Source of the DNA: the human T2T-CHM13v2.0 reference genome, Homo sapiens | DNA length: 64,000 nucleotides | Strand: one strand, 5' to 3' | Assembly: GCF_009914755.1 (NCBI RefSeq) | Contig: NC_060943.1 | In this document: positions 1 through 64,000 of the stretch, in pieces | Layout of the letters: the number at the start of each line of letters is the position of its first letter | Numbering within the stretch: the first letter of the stretch is position 1 | Notes under the pieces: model-generated | Database searches by the model: none | What the model was told of the DNA's origin: nothing | What the model saw: the letters and a program-made list of their open reading frames with translations, nothing else | Program-made: the position numbers and the translations under genes

Positions 1-1350
1 GTCCATGATGCTTTTCCTCTAAGATATCTGCATGGCTTCACTTTTCATCAGGTCCATGCTCAAAGGCCATCTCCTGTCAGAAGCTCTGACCACCAATTAA
101 AAATAATACTGTAGTCACTCTCCAGTCCCTTACCATGAATTATTTTTCAAGATAGCATTTACTATGATCTGACATTATAATACATACTTATTTTTGTGTG
201 TGTTCATTCATCATCTCCTTCCCTGGAGTGCAAACTTCATTAGGGAATGAGCCTTCACTGTCCTGCTCATGACTGAATCCCCTGCATTTAAAATAGTATC
301 AGGCTCCTAGTGTGTCTCAAAAGTGTATGCTAAAATCATGGAGAGTCAACCATCCTTAATTTCCTACCATGTGCTGGACACTGGGCTGAGTGTTTTATTT
401 GTGGATCATACCTAACTCTCACACCCACATTTTGAGGTAAGTACTTTCCCTATGAGAAAAACGAGGCTCAGGTAACATTAATGACTTTCTCAAGCTGGCA
501 TGGTTGGTCCTATGTAGGGGAGCTGTCTGCCCAGCAGGGTAATGCCTTCAGACCCTGAATGCTGAGAAGATTATGAAGCCACAACTAAAAGTGATACCAG
601 TGTGTAAGCTACAGTCAAGGACATTTAATCAAGTTCTGATTTTACTCACTATGACTGTTTTGTTTTTGGTTTTTGTTGTAATTTTTTCTGGAAATACCCC
701 ATTTAAAAAAAATTGTATGCCCCTTGCTTTGCTGGTGCCCAAAACACATTCTAGTTTTTTGTTTGTTTGTTTGTTTGTTTGTTTGTTTTGAGACAAGATC
801 TTTCTCTGTCATCCAGGCTGGAGTGCAGTGGGGCGATCATAACTCACTGCAGCCTTGAACTCCCATGCTGAAGTGATCCTTCCACTGCCTCAGCCTCCTG
901 AGTAGCTGGGACCACAGGCACATGCCACAATGCCTGGCTAATTTTTAAATCTTGTGTAGAGACACAGTGTTGCTATGTTGCCGAGGTTGGTCTCAAACTC
1001 CCAGTCTCAAGGGATCCTCCCAGGTCAGCCTCCCAAAGCACCATGTAATCCCAAACACATTCTGAATCTGCTTATTGGAAGCCACAGCCCTGGACTTGAG
1101 CCCCTCTATTAAGCTCCCTCTCCTGGATTGTTTGATAGGATATCAGGTATCTGCCGCATTAAGGAGACCTTTGAGAGACACTGAAGACTCAGCAGAAGGA
1201 ATACACCATTCCTCTTTCTGGAAGCCTACCAAGTCCTTTTCTTTCCCCCAAGAAATTTAAGAGCTGGGCAAACTAGACCCTCAGAAGGAAAATTCTTGCC
1301 TCTCCTCCACTTCCCACCCCCTTTTAATCCCCTCTGACCCCAGCGCTGAC

Positions 1351-12420
<11,070 letters not shown>

Positions 12421-12428
<8 letters not shown>

Positions 12429-12460
12429 GGTGCACTGCGGTCAGAAAATTCTCAGTCCTC
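12421..12460 (-). CDS. PLA2G4C: PLA2G4C exon 2 (40 nt: 32 nt 5'UTR + ATG GGA AG; start codon 12428-12426)
   Basis: Acceptor tctttggcag|G, strong Kozak ACCATGG, in-frame upstream TGA, donor AAG|gtaagt; phase matches exon 3. Confidence 0.9.
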
Positions 12461-12535
12461 CTGCCAAAGAAATGGCTCTTCTTAGTCCTGTGCCCACTGT
12501 TGGGCTTAGCAAAGACAGTGGGGGAGGGCTGGGAC

Positions 12536-15059
<2,524 letters not shown>

Positions 15060-15069
15060 AGACCCCCCT

Positions 15070-16360
<1,291 letters not shown>

Positions 16361-16406
16361 GCCCTCCCTGCCCCCACGGCTTGCCTGAGCCTGGGTCTGG
16401 GGCGTG

Positions 16407-16418
16407 TGCGCATGCGCG
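16407..16418. promoter_or_regulatory. NRF1-type palindromic site TGCGCATGCGCG
   Basis: Exact match to YGCGCAYGCGCR. Confidence 0.7.
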
Positions 16419-16429
16419 GTGGAGCTTGT

Positions 16430-16488
16430 GCTCCGGAATCCGGTGCGGAGGCTTGGGCTCCGGAATCCGGTGCGGAGGCTTGGGCTCC
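16430..16488. repeat. 27-bp tandem repeat (2 exact copies plus partial) in PLA2G4C exon 1
   Basis: gctccggaatccggtgcggaggcttgg at 16430-16456 and 16457-16483. Confidence 0.95.
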
Positions 16489-16686
16489 CTGCGCTTAGCG
16501 GTGTAGTCGCTGGACAGCTCCTTCAGCCGGAATCTCCGCGGGTGAAGACTGCGGGGATCCTCGGTGCCAAAGCTTCTGTGGTCCTCCTGCTTTCCTTTTC
16601 CCCCTGTGGGAGGAGGTCGCGGGCTGGAGGTGTTTCCTCCTGGTCCTGAGCAGGGCCAACCTGGAGGGTAAAATGGCCCCTGCGCC

Positions 16687-16825
16687 TTTAAACAGCCCTC
16701 CTCGGCTTGTAGGCCCTGCTTGGTTGCTCCAGCTTTTTCAGCTGTTCCAGAGCTCACCCGGAGCTATTTTCATCCGTGGGATCACGTGGAGGGCTGGGAC
16801 TTTCCAGGCTTCCTTAGTGATGTCA
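16687..16825 (-). promoter_or_regulatory. PLA2G4C proximal promoter: TATA-like TTTAAA (16687-92), E-box CACGTG (16783-88), NF-kB GGGACTTTCC (16796-805), CRE-like TGATGTCA (16818-25)
   Basis: Motifs read directly; kB site is a perfect canonical 10-mer; consistent with known TNF inducibility of cPLA2-gamma. Confidence 0.8.
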
Positions 16826-17540
16826 CCCTTCTGTCATTAGGCACCCGAGACCAGTATTCAAAAAAAGAATGTTGTCGTTATATAACTATATTGGAGATAA
16901 GTATTCCTCAAAACAGATTAGCTAATCCTCCTATGCATCTGGCTGTCTAATAACCATCATATATAATATCATACTCAAATACCCAGAAAAAGAAATATTG
17001 AGGCCAGGCGTGGTGGCTTACGCCTGTAATCCTAGCACTTTGGGAGGCTGAGGCAGGCGGATCATGTGAAGTCAGGAGTTCGAGACCAGCCTGGCCAACA
17101 TGGTGAAACACCTTCTCTACTAAAAATACAAAAATTAGCTCGGCATGGTGGCATGTGCCTGTAATCCCAGCTACTACTCGGGAGGCTGAGGCAGGTGCTT
17201 CATCCTGGGAGGTGGAGGTTGCAGTGAGCCAGATCCTTAGGGCCAACTCTGGTTCATTTAATGTCCATTTTTAGAAAACCTGTGAGCTCCATTCACAGTG
17301 AAGGTTTGAAGCCCAGAAGTGGCCTCCCAACAGGGTACCACATTTCCCAGCACCTTTGCAGCTAGGTGTGGTCATGTGAGCGAGTTATGTGGTCATGTGA
17401 CCGAGTTCCAGTCAGTGCAATCGGGCATCTGTGGGGAGCACCGCTTCCAAGAGTGGCTCCTAGAAACCTCCCATACTACCCTCCTGCCTACTCTTCCTGA
17501 AGCCCAGCACTAAGCGTCATCCCAACTCGATGGGTTTTGA

Positions 17541-17774
<234 letters not shown>

Positions 17775-18534
17775 TGAACTCAAGTGATCCACCTGCCTCG
17801 GCTTCCCAAAGTGCTGGGATTACAGGCGCGAGCCACCGCACCCAGCTTGAATTCTTATTTTTTAAAAATAGATATGAGGCCATAATCCTAGCACTTTGGG
17901 AGGCCAAGGCAGGAGTATCACCAATTTTAGAACAGGATTTCACCAGGGGGAAGATGGTCTCCCCTGCTCCCCCTAACGCCAGGCTCACCTCTTCAGTGCC
18001 CGCAACTCCAACCATCGCAGGATCTTTTCACTCCTAGACCTGACCATGCCACTGCCCCGCCTGCGGGATAAGGTTCTACACCTCGCAGGAGCTCATGAGG
18101 CTCTCCATAGTATAGTTAGTAGTTATAGATGCAGGGTCAAGGAGCTGACAGCATGGACCAAACCCTGGCCCACCACTTCCTAGATAGTGGACCTAGGGAA
18201 GGTAACTTACATCCCTGTGCCCCTCAGTGTCCTCACCTGTTAAATGGGGAGAATAAAAGTACCTACCTGGTGGAGCCATCATGAGGGTCACTGAGGAGTG
18301 AGGATGACCCTGACTAGCTTCAGCAGAGGGACATGGCGGCCGTGTGTGGCAGATGTGTTCCTGGGGCCCTGCACTGGTGCAGGGAGGAAGAGCCAAGCCC
18401 AAAGGAACCATGGTCTCCACACAAAGCCAGTAATGTGGGGATCCCCTGACATACAACATTTACTTTTTTTTTTTGCCTTAAACATTTTATTTGAAATTGA
18501 AACACAAATGCACACTAATTTGCCAGTTCTTTAA

Positions 18535-18720
<186 letters not shown>

Positions 18721-19778
18721 TAACAGGCATGTGCCACTACGCCCGGCTAATTTTGTATTTTTAGTGGAGACGGGGTTTCTCCATGTTGGTCAGGCTGGTC
18801 TTGAACTCCCGACCTCAGGTGATCTGCCCGCCTCGGCCTCCCGAAGTGCTGGGATGACAGGCATGAGCCACTGTGCCCGGCTGAAAGCCATGTTTTAGAG
18901 TGGCATAATCGCCCTGGGGCTTATTCTTCCCCTACTCCCATGAACAAAAGCCCACAGTTAGGCAGCTGCTGCCCTAGGTTCGCCGGTTTAGGGTCGTCAG
19001 GAGAGTTTGTTACTCTTTTTCCTCATCATTACAAGGTGGTGACTTGGCTCCAGCCATCATCTCTAGTCAAGGCAGGAGGAGGGGAGGAGCTGCCACAACC
19101 AGGGCTGTCCTTTTTGGTCAGGAAAGATGTTTCTCCAGAAGTCCCCAGCAGCCCCTGTGCTTATGTCCCCTGGGTCTGCCCACACAGGGCTACAGGGCCA
19201 CTGCTAGCCCCAAGGAGACTCGGAAGGCAATGTTGTCTTCTTGGGCTACAACAAATAGAAACAGAATGCCCAAGAGATTGTGTGCACAAGAGACCATGAT
19301 GGAGACACAGGAAGAGAGACAGGGAGGCTGAGTCACAGTGACAGACAGCAAAGTAAGCCTGGCACAGACTTGCACGGCAGAGAGCAAAGCCTCGCAGATA
19401 GAGAAGGAAGGGGAGAGAGGGCGGGTGGGAGACAAGGGCAGAGGAACCTGATGAGAGAGAAGGGAAGGAGGGAGGGCAGATGTGAGAGGCAGAAACAGAG
19501 TGTGAGGGGCAGGGGACAGCTGGGAGCCCTGTGTCCCCCCTGCGGGAGTATCAGGACACCCTGACACTCTCATGCCCGGAAGCTCCTGTTCCACGCTGGG
19601 CCCCGGGGTTAGAGGCCTCCTGCTCTGGAAGACCCGAGCCTGGGCCCCGCTCCGCGTGCAGCCGTTTTCCCCAAGCCAGCCCCGTGGTGCCCAGGGCTGG
19701 GTGGGTGTTCCAGGCATCCTGCTTGCCTTGTCTGACCATTTCCCGATGGTTTTCCTCTAACATATCATCCCATGTGGG

Positions 19779-20700
19779 GTGGCTGCAATAATAACAGCCC
19801 CCATAGATATCCAGGTCTTAATCGCTGAAACCTTTGATGTGACCTATTTTTTTTTTTTTTTTGAGATGGAGTCTCGCTCTGTCGCCCAGGCTGGAATGCA
19901 GTGGCACGATCTCGGGTCACTGCAACCTGTCTCCCAGATTCAAGTGATCCTCCTGCCTCACCCCACTAGTAGCTGGGATTACAGGCACGCGCCACCATGC
20001 CCAGCTAATTTTTGTATTTTTAGTAGAGACGGGGTTTTGCCATGTTGGCCAGGCTGGTCTCGAACTCCTGACCTCAGGTGATCCACCTGCCTCAGCCTCC
20101 CAAAGTGCTGGGATTACATGCGTGAGCCACCGCGCCTGGCCCTTTTACATTTTTATTAATTTTATTAATAAAATTAGAGGAGATGAAGTCTGGCTGTGTT
20201 GGACAAGCTAGTCTTGAACTCCTGGCTTCAAGTGATCCTCCCACCTCAGCCTCCCCAAGTCCTCCCCAAGGCGTGAGCCACTGTGCCTGGCCTCTGTGAA
20301 TGTGTGATCTTATGTGACTAAAGGGACTTTGGGATTGAGTTAGGATCCTGAAATGAGATTATCCTGGATCATCCAGGGGGCCCTAAATGTAACCACTTGA
20401 GTACTTGGAAGAGAGAAACAGAGATCTGATGGAGGAGAGGACGTGACCTGATGACCTCAGGAGAGAGATTTGCAGGTGCGATGCTGCTGGCTTTGAGGAC
20501 GGAGGAAGAAGCCATGAGCCTAGGAACCAGGTGGCCTCTGGAAGCTGGAAAAAGGACACAGTTTCTCTCCTGGAGCTCCCAGAAGGAACCGGCCCTGCCA
20601 CCACTTTGATGTTAGCCCAGTAAAACTGATTTTGAACTTCTGACCTCCGAAACTGTTTAGGGAATACATCTGTGTTATTTTAAGACACTGCATTTGTCTT
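19779..20700 (+). mobile_element. MLT1D-like MaLR LTR interrupted by Alus
   Basis: gagattatcctggat...gctggctttgaggacggagga...ctgacctccgaaactgt motifs. Confidence 0.7.
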
Positions 20701-20979
20701 CCTTAACAGGGCTCACGATGGTGCCTCCCTGTGGGATGGCTGGAAGGTTAAACAAGTTAAAAAAATATATGTATGTAAAGATTTTAGACTACTGCTGTCC
20801 AATACAATTAAATAAAATATTTGGTATGGCTGGGTGTGGTGGCTCACGCCTGTAATCCCAGCACTTAGGGGGGCTGAGGAGGGTGGATCGCTTGAGGCCA
20901 AGAGTTCAAGATCAGCCTGGCCAACATGGCGAAACCCCATCTCTACTAAAAATACAAAAATTAGCCAGGCGTGGTGTCA

Positions 20980-21279
<300 letters not shown>

Positions 21280-21384
21280 CTAGGCCATGGCTACATGGCT
21301 ACATGCTATGCAGGTGACACCCATGACAGCTTTGCCCCCAGAGCCCAGCACAGACCCTGTCACAAAGTAGCTATCCGATAATTA

Positions 21385-21390
21385 TTTATT
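21385..21390 (-). terminator. LIG1: LIG1 polyadenylation signal AATAAA (cleavage about 21368)
   Basis: tttatt on plus strand ~180 nt past the stop; GU-rich sequence (tttgtg) downstream. Confidence 0.85.
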
Positions 21391-21558
21391 GAAAGAAATG
21401 ACGGGATGAATCCCAGACTCCGGAGTAAGCCACCCCCTCACACACACACCCCTCCCCTGACTCTCAAAATCCACAGCCTGCCACAGCAGATTTGCTAAAA
21501 AGCAAAGGCAATAATAACCCTGGGGTCCGTCCAACTCATGCCCTGTACCCAGGCCCTA

Positions 21559-63096
<41,538 letters not shown>

Positions 63097-63326
63097 CTGG
63101 AAGAGGAAAGAACAGTTCTAGAGTGAGCGGGGGAAGGAGGGACCCCATTTTCCAAAAGTTGAGAGTAGAGGGGACTGAAACCTCTCTGTCTACCCTCCTT
63201 TCTGACCCTATGGTCTCAGCCCTAACTCAGGGGTGGCCTCTTCTCACCTGGGCCATCATCCCGCCCTCCAGTGCAGGATCATGGTCCCATCAAGGACCCC
63301 CATAGCTCTTCTGTTTTCTACAGTAA

Positions 63327-63782
<456 letters not shown>

Positions 63783-63807
63783 TGAGCCCCCGTGCCCAGC
63801 CTTCTCT

Positions 63808-64000
63808 CCATACAGTTTAGATGTTTGTTCCCTCCAGATCGCATGTTGCAATTTGGTCTCCAATGTTGGAGGTATGACCTGGCGGGAGGCATTCAGGTCA
63901 CGTGGGCAGATCCCTCATGAATGGCTTGTACCCTCCTTGTGGTAGGAACCGAGTTCTTCCTCTCCTGGTTCACATGAGAGCTGGTTGTTTAAAATTCCTC
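63808..64000 (+). mobile_element. MST-type MaLR LTR 5' part (runs off window)
   Basis: tttagatgtttgttccctcc...gggcagatccctcatgaatggcttg. Confidence 0.7.

Larger units (their letters stand above)
16385..16700 (-). other. PLA2G4C: PLA2G4C non-coding exon 1 (5' end approximate) in a small CpG-rich island; GC donor
   Basis: Locally CpG-rich 16360-16790; CAG|gcaag at 16385/16384; promoter motifs directly upstream. Confidence 0.7.

Overview
Human (or very close primate) genomic DNA, recognisable as the PLA2G4C-LIG1 region of 19q13.3. Both genes are on the minus strand, head to tail. (1) PLA2G4C (cPLA2-gamma): promoter, non-coding exon 1 and coding exons 2-7 lie at 1351 to about 16800, and the gene continues off the left edge. 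(2) LIG1 (DNA ligase I): exons 5-28, stop codon and polyA signal lie at about 21370-63096, and exons 1-4 are off the right edge. All coding exons were placed by hand from splice sites, and their phases chain into uninterrupted reading frames. The rest is about 60 Alus plus ERV/MaLR LTRs, hAT DNA-transposon fossils and microsatellites. Nearly all other ORFs in the track are Alu, microsatellite or antisense artefacts. I do not see a new protein-coding system. The most unusual unexplained structures are RNA- and repair-level: a near-perfect 178-bp inverted templated insertion inside a LIG1 intronic Alu; a ~297-bp non-Alu inverted duplication abutting the PLA2G4C exon 5 acceptor; a triplicated LIG1 exon 6 splice donor whose distal copy is in frame (+58 aa); and a PLA2G4C 5' end with a GC donor, a 27-bp tandem repeat and an upstream ATG that switches from overlapping uORF to in-frame N-terminus if exon 2 is skipped. 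Repeat family names and boundaries are from recall and are approximate.
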